The position numbers and the translations under genes were made by a program. The notes beneath the pieces are model-generated. The model had not been told where the DNA came from and did not search any database. It saw only the letters and a list, made by a program, of their open reading frames with translations. A stretch of DNA of 64,000 nt from Candidatus Iainarchaeum sp. (lineage in GTDB: Archaea > Iainarchaeota > Iainarchaeia > Iainarchaeales > Iainarchaeaceae), in NCBI GenBank assembly GCA_002687735.1, contig NZBD01000015.1, positions 54,499 through 118,498 on the forward strand, written 5' to 3'. How positions within the stretch are numbered: the first letter of the stretch is position 1; each line of letters opens with the position of its first letter. This document shows, in pieces, positions 19,831 through 27,870 of this stretch.

Positions 19831-20547
19831 TTATTTGTTTTGGTTTTCGTGCAATTCTTTAGAATCCTTGATCAGCTTCTTGAATAAAGAATATGTTTTT
19901 TCTGCATCCTTTTCATCCACTAAAAAATGCATATCAGGAGGACTTGTTATTACTTCTATGTTTATGCCTTTTTTTGCAAGTTTATTTGACATTTCAGCTA
20001 AAATACCATAAATTGCGAATGATTCAAAAGGCATCCTGAAACTCACAAGTGCATTATCTTCTATTGAATAAATTACCTCGTCTTTTAATTCTTCCAGAGT
20101 TTCATGAATCCTTTTTTTCTTTGTTATAACCATTATCTGATCTGCGCCCTGGATTAATACTCTCATTTCACCCATTTTCCAGTCTTCGCTTGAAAACAGT
20201 TTGTCTATTTTGTTAATTACTTCAGGTTTTTTTTTGAAATGCGCATAACACATGTTGTCCTGCAGCATTACTTCGGAATTTGCAAAAGTTTCAAGATAGG
20301 TAGGATCTGGTTCTGCGGGTTTCATTTCATCAGCATATCTTTTGATTGCAACTATTACTGATTCTTCATGAAGTTCTTTTTCTAATTTGATTTCAAGATC
20401 AGGAATAATTTTCCTTGCTAAAGCAGAATAGTTAATCACTCCGTCCACCAAAGAGTTTTTTATGTGGGGGTGTGATTCAATTTCCTTTCGTACAGAATCA
20501 GATAATGAGTGGCCTTTGTTCTTAAACATATAATAGTTTACTCTCAA
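19831..20547 (-). CDS. ACT-domain protein with N-terminal HTH-like region (predicted regulator)
   Basis: C-terminal ACT-like beta-alpha-beta-beta-alpha-beta pattern. Confidence 0.3.
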   Translation of the reverse strand: MRVNYYMFKNKGHSLSDSVRKEIESHPHIKNSLVDGVINYSALARKIIPDLEIKLEKELHEESVIVAIKRYADEMKPAEPDPTYLETFANSEVMLQDNMCYAHFKKKPEVINKIDKLFSSEDWKMGEMRVLIQGADQIMVITKKKRIHETLEELKDEVIYSIEDNALVSFRMPFESFAIYGILAEMSNKLAKKGINIEVITSPPDMHFLVDEKDAEKTYSLFKKLIKDSKELHENQNK

Positions 20548-20771
20548 AACATATAAAAATATTACCGATTTATTTATTTTTGTTAAATTTCAGTTATTTT
20601 AGCTTAAAAGTGTTAAATTTCTGGTTTTTGTGTTTTATTTTTGGCAGATTATAATTTTTGTTCCTTTTTTTTGGAAAAACCTCTTAAACTGCCAGAAATC
20701 CGGCAATACAGCCTTTTTCTGGTCGCCAGCTTTATTAATGAAAAAGGGAGCAATGTGAGTAGTGTTCTTTT

Positions 20772-20876
20772 ATGATTGGTAAAAAATTAAAACAAAAAAG
20801 AAATTTTTCAGATGGGGAATTAAGAATTAATATTGAGGGAGAACCTTTTCCCGCCAGGGTCCGTAAGAGGAGGTAA
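20772..20876 (+). CDS. possible 34-aa basic micro-protein (MIGKKLKQKRNFSDGELRINIEGEPFPARVRKRR)
   Basis: ORF lying inside a GC-rich patch of the 470-bp intergenic region; not verified. Confidence 0.15.
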   Translation: MIGKKLKQKRNFSDGELRINIEGEPFPARVRKRR

Positions 20877-21017
20877 CCGAAAAACAGAATTACTCAGTTA
20901 GTTTAAAAGAAAATAAATACTTTTGGGGGTGTTTATGATGAAAAACCGGGGCTTCGGCCCCAACCATAAACCAAATCTAAAATCTAATTTTTTACGCCTT
21001 AACAAAAATAATTAGTA

Positions 21018-21089
21018 TGCAGCCACGGGGATTCGAACCCCGGCCAAGAGCTTGGAAGGCTCTGATCCTAACCGCTAGACGATGGCTGC
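21018..21089 (-). tRNA. tRNA-Gly (anticodon UCC)
   Basis: 72-nt cloverleaf, acceptor GCAGCCA/TGGCTGC, T-arm GGTTCGAATCC, anticodon loop CUUCCAA. Confidence 0.85.
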
Positions 21090-21971
21090 TTTGACATATT
21101 CTTTATGCGTTGGCACTTTTCTAGTTTCTTTAAAAATCTGGTATTTTATTGTGTGCTTAATATTGCTGGGTTTAATTAGTTTAAAAAAGGTATCCAATTG
21201 TTTCTGATCGTAAATATAAACACTTTTTCCGGACAAACTGGCCTTAAATCCAAGTGAAATCAATGCTTCTTTAATTTGATTAAGAAAATTTGGCGAACAG
21301 CTGATATATTCAACCACTCCGCTATTTTCCCTTTTTCTGTGGAAACTTCCGTCTGTATCAAAAAGTCCTCTAAGATAAGCACAGAGAAGTTTTTCGTTCT
21401 TTAAGATTACTTTTGGAATAAATGTTTTATTTTTTCTATTCCCAATTACAAATTTACATTTTTCTGAAAGAAATAAGACAAGTTCTTTGGAGTAAATCAA
21501 ACACCGAATTGCTCCATTTTTTGTTACAAATGTTGGCTCTAAACCAAATAACTTTTCAAATTTTTTACCAATAACGTTTACAACATAATCATAATCTACT
21601 ATAGCACTACACGTAATTGAGACACGGTTATTTTTACCATAAATGTTACCGTCGCCTGCCATTGCCCCTAGAAATTCTGCTAATCCTTCGTTCAATTCAG
21701 GTTGAGATATTTCTTTTTTCTGAAAATAATTTGATTTTACTATATTTAAAGTATACAATTTTTTCAAATCAAAGTCTGTTTCTATACCAAGAAAAATTAA
21801 TTTGTGAAACCGAATTTTACTGGTTTCTCTTAAATAGTGAAAAATCATCCTTCTTTTTACTTTCAAAATCTTCGCAATTTCGTTCCAATTTAAACCTGAC
21901 TTATTTTTTATTTCTCTTAAAATACTAGCTTGTTTTCCAGAGCCAATATCTACAAATAGAGTTTTTTCCAC
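21075..21971 (-). CDS. free-standing double-motif LAGLIDADG homing endonuclease with N-terminal HTH
   Basis: LAEFLGAMAGDGNI and LRGLFDTDGSF motifs; the last 15 nt of the ORF are the first 15 nt of tRNA-Gly(UCC). Confidence 0.75.
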   Translation of the reverse strand: MEKTLFVDIGSGKQASILREIKNKSGLNWNEIAKILKVKRRMIFHYLRETSKIRFHKLIFLGIETDFDLKKLYTLNIVKSNYFQKKEISQPELNEGLAEFLGAMAGDGNIYGKNNRVSITCSAIVDYDYVVNVIGKKFEKLFGLEPTFVTKNGAIRCLIYSKELVLFLSEKCKFVIGNRKNKTFIPKVILKNEKLLCAYLRGLFDTDGSFHRKRENSGVVEYISCSPNFLNQIKEALISLGFKASLSGKSVYIYDQKQLDTFFKLIKPSNIKHTIKYQIFKETRKVPTHKEYVKAAIV

Positions 21972-21992
21972 TAATATTTTTTCTAATTATTT

Positions 21993-22033
21993 GCTTTTAA
22001 ACACCCTGAAGCCCCTTGTTGCCGGTGCGAACC
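21993..22033 (-). promoter_or_regulatory. promoter of LAGLIDADG gene: box GGTTCGCACCGGCAAC plus TATA (TTTAAAAGCA)
   Basis: Shared GC-rich upstream box 16 nt 5' of the TATA element. Confidence 0.5.
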
Positions 22034-22068
22034 GTTATTGATTAAAACAAAATGTTTCTTAATAGATT

Positions 22069-22701
22069 ATGCAAAAAGGTATTTTTGTTGTGTGGGAGGG
22101 AATTGATGGTTCCGGAAAAGGAACAGTTATTTCCGAAATCAAGAAATTTATTATAAAGAAAGGAATTCCGGAAAATCAAATCATAGTTACTGCCGAACCC
22201 ACTGGCGGCTTTTATGGAAAAAAAGTAAGGGAACTCCTTAACACACATGTAAATCCTGACGTTAATGCTCAGCAGTTTCTTGATCTTTATGTTGCTGATC
22301 GAGAAGAACATCTGAGGAAAGAAATAGTTCCTGCTCTGAAAGAAGGAAAAATAATTCTGTGTGACAGATTCAAGTACAGTACTTTTGTTTACCAATTGCT
22401 TCAAGGAATAGAGTTAGAAAAAATCAATGAACTCCATAGAGGGATGCTTATTCCTGATTTGGTTTTCATTTTAGATCTTCCAGTTGATGTTGCGTTACAA
22501 CGAATCGAGTCTGATTCAAAAAGATCAAAAAAAGAAGTTTTTGAAAAAAAAGAATTTTTGGAAAAAGTACGTCAGGGTTTTCTTTCATTAAAAGAAATTT
22601 TTCCTGATGAAAACATTCATATAGTTGATTCGTCCAAAAACATTAGCGAAGTAACAAAAGAAATAGGATATATTTTATGGGCGAAGATAAAGGATTTATA
22701 G
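22069..22701 (+). CDS. tmk: thymidylate kinase
   Basis: P-loop GIDGSGKGT and DRF/Y motif. Confidence 0.8.
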   Translation: MQKGIFVVWEGIDGSGKGTVISEIKKFIIKKGIPENQIIVTAEPTGGFYGKKVRELLNTHVNPDVNAQQFLDLYVADREEHLRKEIVPALKEGKIILCDRFKYSTFVYQLLQGIELEKINELHRGMLIPDLVFILDLPVDVALQRIESDSKRSKKEVFEKKEFLEKVRQGFLSLKEIFPDENIHIVDSSKNISEVTKEIGYILWAKIKDL

Positions 22702-23186
22702 AAAAGCATAAGCTTGCATTTTTGGCAGTTTCAGGAATAATAATTATAGGCCTGATTTTGCTAATTTTACTTATTATTGTAAGTGTTTTTCTTTTCTTTA
22801 ATTTTTCAAGTTCAGAAACATCTAATACAGGTCTTCCCAACAATTCTCCACTAATAGGTTCTCCAAATAATCCAACTTATAATTCAAACAATCCCGCTTT
22901 ACCAAAATTCGAGGGCTGGGATTCAATTTCAAAAAGTGTTGTTGAACAGGCTTGTTTGATAAAAGCAAAGGAGTTTGTAGGAGATCTTGCATGGGGAGTC
23001 AGTTCCTGTGCGTGCTCTGCTAGTGAATCAGATTCAATAAAATCCTATGGTTGTTCAGTTTCTGCTTTAGACGGACAACACCCGTTTATTGCTGAATGCG
23101 TAAGAGCTGATTCCATTTGCAACATTACTTCCGATCAAGGAGATATAAGTTTGACTTTTTCTGAATTAGAACAATTATCCGGTTAA
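22677..23186 (+). CDS. hypothetical membrane-anchored Cys-rich secreted protein
   Basis: N-terminal TM helix, N/S/P-rich linker, 8 Cys in the C-terminal domain. Confidence 0.4.
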   Translation: MGEDKGFIEKHKLAFLAVSGIIIIGLILLILLIIVSVFLFFNFSSSETSNTGLPNNSPLIGSPNNPTYNSNNPALPKFEGWDSISKSVVEQACLIKAKEFVGDLAWGVSSCACSASESDSIKSYGCSVSALDGQHPFIAECVRADSICNITSDQGDISLTFSELEQLSG

Positions 23187-23198
23187 TCTCATAGAGAG

Positions 23199-23270
23199 TG
23201 CGACCACCGGGAATCGAACCCGGGCCTGAGCCTTGGCAAGGCACAATCATAACCACTAGACCATGGTCGC
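23199..23270 (-). tRNA. tRNA-Gly (anticodon GCC)
   Basis: 72-nt cloverleaf, acceptor GCGACCA/TGGTCGC, T-arm CCGGGTTCGATTCCCGG, anticodon loop UUGCCAA (one U-U mismatch in the anticodon stem). Confidence 0.75.
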
Positions 23271-23335
23271 AAGCTTTTCTTTTTCGTGAAAAAGAAAACC
23301 TTGACCAAAAGAAAAAGCCAAGTCTTTTTGCCAAA
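23271..23335. repeat. palindromic T-rich intergenic module, copy 1 (upstream of tRNA-Gly GCC)
   Basis: TTTTCTTTTTCGTGAAAAAGAAAA inverted repeat plus a second hairpin containing GACCAAAAGAAAAAG; two further copies at 26914 and 52416. Confidence 0.5.
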
Positions 23336-23384
23336 AAAGAAAAGTATTCTAAGAAGAATTCCCCTGCTAAACCTTTTTAAATTC

Positions 23385-25088
23385 TCATTTTTTGAGCAGG
23401 AGAATTGCCATTAAAAGAATGAATATTATTGTTCCACCCGCTACAATTGGAATTCCAGGATCTTCAAACCCAAAATCAGCGGCTAGTTGCTCATAAGACT
23501 TATTTTCTGGTTTTATTTCCTGAATGGTTATAGGTTCTTCTTTTTCAGGAATTGTTATTTCAAATATTTTTTCCTCTGGAATATTTATTTTCAATGTAAC
23601 TTTTCCCGGTCTGATATTTCTAACAACATAAGCAAGATTTCTTTCTTCAAATTCCTGTAAAATAATTTCGTTTTCCTCAACCTGATTTCCTTCGAATAAA
23701 ATTTCAACAAAAACAATCCCTTTTTTATTTCCAAGATTTTCTAAACTGATTTTCAATTCCAGATTATTCCCTGAAATAAAAGGACTCACATCCTTAACTC
23801 GTATATCCGAACCCACATCAGTATATTCTTTTGAAGGAATAACTTTTATTGAATCGCTTATGTTTCCGTCTGGAAGTAGTAAAATCAGACCATAAGTGTA
23901 GAAACCGCTTTCAAAATTTTCATTTGGTGCTCTTGCTTCCCAATTAATTGTTTTGGTTTCTTCCTTTTCAAAGAAAATCAGTTTTTTATTATTGTCAATG
24001 CTGAACTTATCATGTAACACAAGTTCAATCGGCATGATTGCTCTTTCTCCCGAAATATTTTTTATTTCTGCACTAATCTCAAAAATTTCTCCCGGAGGGA
24101 CCTGAGTTGGTATGTTCAGTTTAATATCAGTCAGATTTTCAAAAAATTCAACCGAATTTATTTCAACTTCAGGAAGATTAAGCTTTGTTGTCACTATTAT
24201 TGGTTCTCTGCTCCTTGTAATAGCAACCAAATCAATTGCCTTGTTTGCGTCTGTTGTTTTGGCAATAGTAAAATGAGCAGCATCTAAATAACCCGCTTCT
24301 CCATAAGTTGAATCAACACCAATCCACCCTGTTTTAGGAAGATAAACTTCTAACCACCCATGCAAACCAAACCTTTGACCGTCAAAGCTTATGCCTGTAA
24401 CATACTTTGTTGGTATTCCTTTTATTCTTGTAAAAGCCGCTGTTAAATTAGCGAATTCATCACAAACACCAGCTCTTGAATTGTAAGTGTCTTTTGCTGA
24501 GTAAACTCCAGCATAATAATTTTCAAAATCATATTCAATATTATTGTTCACCCATTCTGTTATTTCTCTTATTGTTTCTATTTGCGAAACTGAATCAAAT
24601 TCTAGTGAAGCTTTGCTTCTCAATTCCTGATCATTAACCTCTATGTAACCTGTCGCTTCCTTAAATTCAGCAAACTCTTCAATCATGTTTTCTAAGTTAT
24701 AATCTTCCCCAAGCCCTAATACAGATTCTCTTTTTACTCTGGCTTTTCTAACAACTTTGAACGTGTTTGTTTCTGCATAATTGTAAAGATCATCGATTTT
24801 GTATTGCGCATATTTCAATCCTTCTCTTTCAATATACTTAGGATCTATTCTTTTTTCCCCAAGTTCCATGTACTCTTCTAAACTAATAAGTTCCTGTTTT
24901 GGTTCTTCTTGCATTGAAAGAAAAAGTAATTCTAATTCATCCCCTCTTGTTATGATTCCAGAAAAGCCCCCCGTTGCTTCGGAGGTTATTGTTACATCCA
25001 TTGTTTTTACAGTTGATGGCCTGAACTCTAACGCAAAAGTACTTGAAGCAAATAGCACAAATAATACTAAAAAAAGTAATTTTTTCAT
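23385..25088 (-). CDS. transglutaminase-like domain surface protein (signal peptide, C-terminal TM)
   Basis: Cys-His-Asp core (RAGVCDEFANL ... LHGWLEVY ... GVDST); N-terminal signal and C-terminal hydrophobic anchor. Confidence 0.6.
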   Translation of the reverse strand: MKKLLFLVLFVLFASSTFALEFRPSTVKTMDVTITSEATGGFSGIITRGDELELLFLSMQEEPKQELISLEEYMELGEKRIDPKYIEREGLKYAQYKIDDLYNYAETNTFKVVRKARVKRESVLGLGEDYNLENMIEEFAEFKEATGYIEVNDQELRSKASLEFDSVSQIETIREITEWVNNNIEYDFENYYAGVYSAKDTYNSRAGVCDEFANLTAAFTRIKGIPTKYVTGISFDGQRFGLHGWLEVYLPKTGWIGVDSTYGEAGYLDAAHFTIAKTTDANKAIDLVAITRSREPIIVTTKLNLPEVEINSVEFFENLTDIKLNIPTQVPPGEIFEISAEIKNISGERAIMPIELVLHDKFSIDNNKKLIFFEKEETKTINWEARAPNENFESGFYTYGLILLLPDGNISDSIKVIPSKEYTDVGSDIRVKDVSPFISGNNLELKISLENLGNKKGIVFVEILFEGNQVEENEIILQEFEERNLAYVVRNIRPGKVTLKINIPEEKIFEITIPEKEEPITIQEIKPENKSYEQLAADFGFEDPGIPIVAGGTIIFILLMAILLLKK

Positions 25089-25148
25089 TGCAAGAATTAG
25101 TGCTTTAATCTATAAATGCTTTTTTAAATCCAAAGACAAAAGCCTAAT

Positions 25149-26036
25149 TCACATTGCCTCAAGTCTTTTGATCCTTTCAGGAATTGGAGGGTGAGTGGAG
25201 AACATTCCATCCATTAATCCTTTTCTGTTTTTCAAAGGGTTATCAATATACAAGTGAGCTGTTGCCTTATTTGCTGCCTCAAGAACTTCCTTATCTCCGG
25301 AGATTTTCTTTAATGCATTAGCAAGCCCATCAGGATTTCTTGTTAATTGAGCAGCACTAGCATCAGCCAAATATTCTCTTTGTCTTGAAATAGCAAATTT
25401 TATCATCATTGCAACAATAGGAGTTAAAATCGCTAAAACAATTCCCCCAACTAATAAAACAATCTGCATCTGTCCGCTTCCTCTATTATCATGCCTTCCC
25501 CACAAAACACTCCTCAAAAGAATATCACTAAGCAATGCACTCAAACCCACAAAGACAACTATCAACATCATAAGCCTAATATCATAATTTTTTATATGGC
25601 TCATCTCATGAGCTATTACTCCTTCAAGTTCCTCGCGATTTAGTTTTTGTAAAATTCCCGTAGTAACAACAATAACCCCATGTTCCGGATTCCTTCCTGT
25701 TGCAAACGCATTCAAAGCAGTATCATTAATCACATATGCTTTTGGTTTTGGGATTCCTGCCGCTAATGCAAGCCCTTCAATTAAGTGAAATAAATAAGGC
25801 TGATCCTGTTTCTTTAATTCCTTTGCACCGGAAATGCTAAGAACAACTTTATCCCCGTAAAAATAATTAAACCCCACAAAAATTACCAGAAAAATTATTC
25901 CAAGAATTATCCCTATCGGTCCTCCCCCAGAGAACCAAACTTCTCCAAGCACCCAGGATAAAAGTGTTATAAAAATAGAAAATCCAATAACAAGAAAAAT
26001 TGTGTTTCTTTTGTTTTCAGATATTTGTTCATACAA
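25149..26036 (-). CDS. htpX: zinc metalloprotease HtpX (M48)
   Basis: HEMSH zinc motif; four TM segments. Confidence 0.8.
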   Translation of the reverse strand: MYEQISENKRNTIFLVIGFSIFITLLSWVLGEVWFSGGGPIGIILGIIFLVIFVGFNYFYGDKVVLSISGAKELKKQDQPYLFHLIEGLALAAGIPKPKAYVINDTALNAFATGRNPEHGVIVVTTGILQKLNREELEGVIAHEMSHIKNYDIRLMMLIVVFVGLSALLSDILLRSVLWGRHDNRGSGQMQIVLLVGGIVLAILTPIVAMMIKFAISRQREYLADASAAQLTRNPDGLANALKKISGDKEVLEAANKATAHLYIDNPLKNRKGLMDGMFSTHPPIPERIKRLEAM

Positions 26037-26073
26037 TTAAATTCCCCCAAAAAAGAAATTAAAGTGAAAGCAA

Positions 26074-26667
26074 TTAATCAAATTTTACTTTCACTGGTTC
26101 TTTTGCAGCTTCTTCTATTTCAAAATAATCTCTTTTTCCAAAACTGAACAATGAAGCTATAATGTTGCTCGGCAAAGTTTCTCTTTTAGTGTTGTATTTC
26201 AGAACCTCGTCATTGTAAAACTGTCTAGTATACGCAATTTTTGATTCGATTCCTGCTAGTTCTTCCTGAAGCATTAGAAAATTTTTATTTGCTTTCAAAT
26301 CAGGGTAAGCTTCTGAAACAGCAAACAAAGATTTTAATGTGCTTGACAAAAAGTTTTCTGCTTCTGCCTGTGCCTTCACTCCTTTTGCTTTTGTTATTGC
26401 TGCTCTTGCTTCTGTGACCTGTTGGAAAGTACTCTTTTCATGTTTAGCATAACCTTTTACTGTTTCAACAAGGTTAGGAACTAAATCAAACCTTCTTTTT
26501 AGCTGTACATCTATCTGACTCCAAGCATTATCAATTCTGTTTTTTAACTGAACAAAACCATTGTATGCAAAAACAAACCAGATAGCGCCAATTATGCCTG
26601 CGATTACGATTGCTCCTCCAATTAATTCTAAAACCATAAATGAAAACCTCCAACAAAATTGGTTCAA
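26074..26667 (-). CDS. LemA family protein
   Basis: N-terminal TM plus LemA helical domain pattern. Confidence 0.65.
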   Translation of the reverse strand: MNQFCWRFSFMVLELIGGAIVIAGIIGAIWFVFAYNGFVQLKNRIDNAWSQIDVQLKRRFDLVPNLVETVKGYAKHEKSTFQQVTEARAAITKAKGVKAQAEAENFLSSTLKSLFAVSEAYPDLKANKNFLMLQEELAGIESKIAYTRQFYNDEVLKYNTKRETLPSNIIASLFSFGKRDYFEIEEAAKEPVKVKFD

Positions 26668-26720
26668 AAGTTTATAAATAGCTTAGCATACGAAAAAATT
26701 AAGAGTGGGCCAGGGAGGAC

Positions 26721-26840
26721 CCAAACGCCGTCTGCTCACGGCGGTAGAGCGTCCACCTTCGGTAGGACTAAACTTATGTCCTGCTGCGACCGACGGGAGT
26801 GCAGGACGGCCGTTTGCGGTACTCACGGTCGCAAACGTGA
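26721..26840 (-). repeat. 120-bp GC-rich structured insert between two 15-bp copies of the tRNA-Val 3' end
   Basis: Exact direct repeat TGGGCCAGGGAGGAC at 26706-26720 and 26841-26855. The insert carries a 7-bp stem GTTTGCG/CGCAAAC and a tRNA D-arm-like GCTCACGGCGGTAGAGC. Confidence 0.5.
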
Positions 26841-26913
26841 TGGGCCAGGGAGGACTCGAACCTCCGATCCTCTCCGTGTAAAGGAGATGTCATAGCCACT
26901 AGACCACAAGCCC
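26841..26913 (-). tRNA. tRNA-Val (anticodon UAC)
   Basis: 73-nt cloverleaf, D-arm GTCTAGTGGCTATGAC, anticodon stem TCTCC/GGAGA with loop UUUACAC, T-arm GGAGGTTCGAGTCCTCC. Confidence 0.8.
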
Positions 26914-26985
26914 GACCTTTTTCTTTCTTTGAAAAGAAAGAAAAAGCTCGACCAAAAAGAAAGAAACTTTTTGGCATTATACTTA
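26914..26985. repeat. palindromic T-rich intergenic module, copy 2 (upstream of tRNA-Val)
   Basis: CTTTTTCTTTCTTTGAAAAGAAAGAAAAAG inverted repeat plus CCAAAAAGAAAGAAACTTTTTGG hairpin. Confidence 0.5.
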
Positions 26986-27018
26986 AAACCCTTTGAAAAC
27001 TATTAAAAAGCTTCCAAT

Positions 27019-27276
27019 TCATTTGTTGAAAAATTTTTCTATATAATCAGATTTGCTTAGTACAAATATTATCCTTTTTGCCCTTACAAATACGAATGCG
27101 GAAGCAATTAGGGCTAGTAGTGCGCTGACATACCGTAAAAATGCCTCAAAACTATCGCCTTGGATTATTTGGATTGTAAACCCTTCAACAAATGCAGCTA
27201 TGAATAATCCCACGGCTATTATGGTCATTGCTGAAAAGAATAATAATTCAAAAAGATTCTTTGTTAACAATTTCAT
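27019..27276 (-). CDS. hypothetical small membrane protein
   Basis: 85 aa with two predicted TM helices. Confidence 0.35.
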   Translation of the reverse strand: MKLLTKNLFELLFFSAMTIIAVGLFIAAFVEGFTIQIIQGDSFEAFLRYVSALLALIASAFVFVRAKRIIFVLSKSDYIEKFFNK

Positions 27277-27382
27277 TATATCTCCTATAAATTTTCAAAT
27301 ATAATAACTTAATTGTTTGGTTCTTTTGCTTTTGGGGGAACGTTTATATATAAATTAATTGTATTAATTTCAGGTGTAATTT

Positions 27383-27835
27383 ATGAGAAGACTTATCTAT
27401 CTGAAAATTGCAGGAAGAGATGTACATTTACCTAAACTTATAGGTTCTTTCATTATTTTTGCTGCGTTTTTGTTATTTGTTCAGGCTTCAGCTTCAATGT
27501 TTGATTCTTGGGATTCAGCTAAGGAAGTTGATAGGTGTTTACAATTAGCCGCTGCTAATGAAGCCAGAGTAGAGCCTGATGAAAGTATTTACCCTGAATG
27601 CAGGGAAATGGCCAAGGACTTTTTAGGAATCCCGGTTAGGTCTGATCAGGATGGTTTAAGTCTAAGACAATTTTGGGGTTCTTTGTTGGGTCCGATAGCT
27701 TCAGTATTAATTTGGTTAGCTTTGTTATTTGTTGGTTTAATTCTTTACAGAAGCGGAGAACTTGTTCTCCCTATTGATGAAACAATCAGGGAAATTCCTG
27801 ATGTAAAAAGAAGTTTCAAAAAAAGAAAGAAATAA
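27383..27835 (+). CDS. hypothetical membrane protein
   Basis: 150 aa with two TM helices and a basic C-terminus. Confidence 0.35.
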   Translation: MRRLIYLKIAGRDVHLPKLIGSFIIFAAFLLFVQASASMFDSWDSAKEVDRCLQLAAANEARVEPDESIYPECREMAKDFLGIPVRSDQDGLSLRQFWGSLLGPIASVLIWLALLFVGLILYRSGELVLPIDETIREIPDVKRSFKKRKK

Positions 27836-27870
27836 GTTCTGTTTTTAAAAAAAGAAAATTTTGACAACAA

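Noticed and set aside
20690-20990. Possible SRP (7S) RNA, based on CAGGGTCCGTAAGAGGAGG resembling helix-8 CAGGUCCGGAAGGAAGCAGC
   Set aside because: The conserved AGCAG/internal-loop adenosines are missing (GGAGG instead). The stem around the GNRA loop pairs poorly. The patch can also be read as the C-terminus of a 34-aa ORF. Kept only as a candidate ncRNA region.
21075-21971. Intein or intron-encoded context for the LAGLIDADG protein
   Set aside because: No Hint-domain splice junction residues are present, and the gene is not within an rRNA/tRNA intron. It is free-standing.
26721-26840. Second tRNA, possibly intron-containing, downstream of tRNA-Val
   Set aside because: It shares the 15-nt acceptor/3' end, but no valid T-arm can be formed (CGGCG cannot pair CCTCC; loop is TTTGGGT) and no matching 5' acceptor strand is present. 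Treated as a duplication-flanked insert instead.
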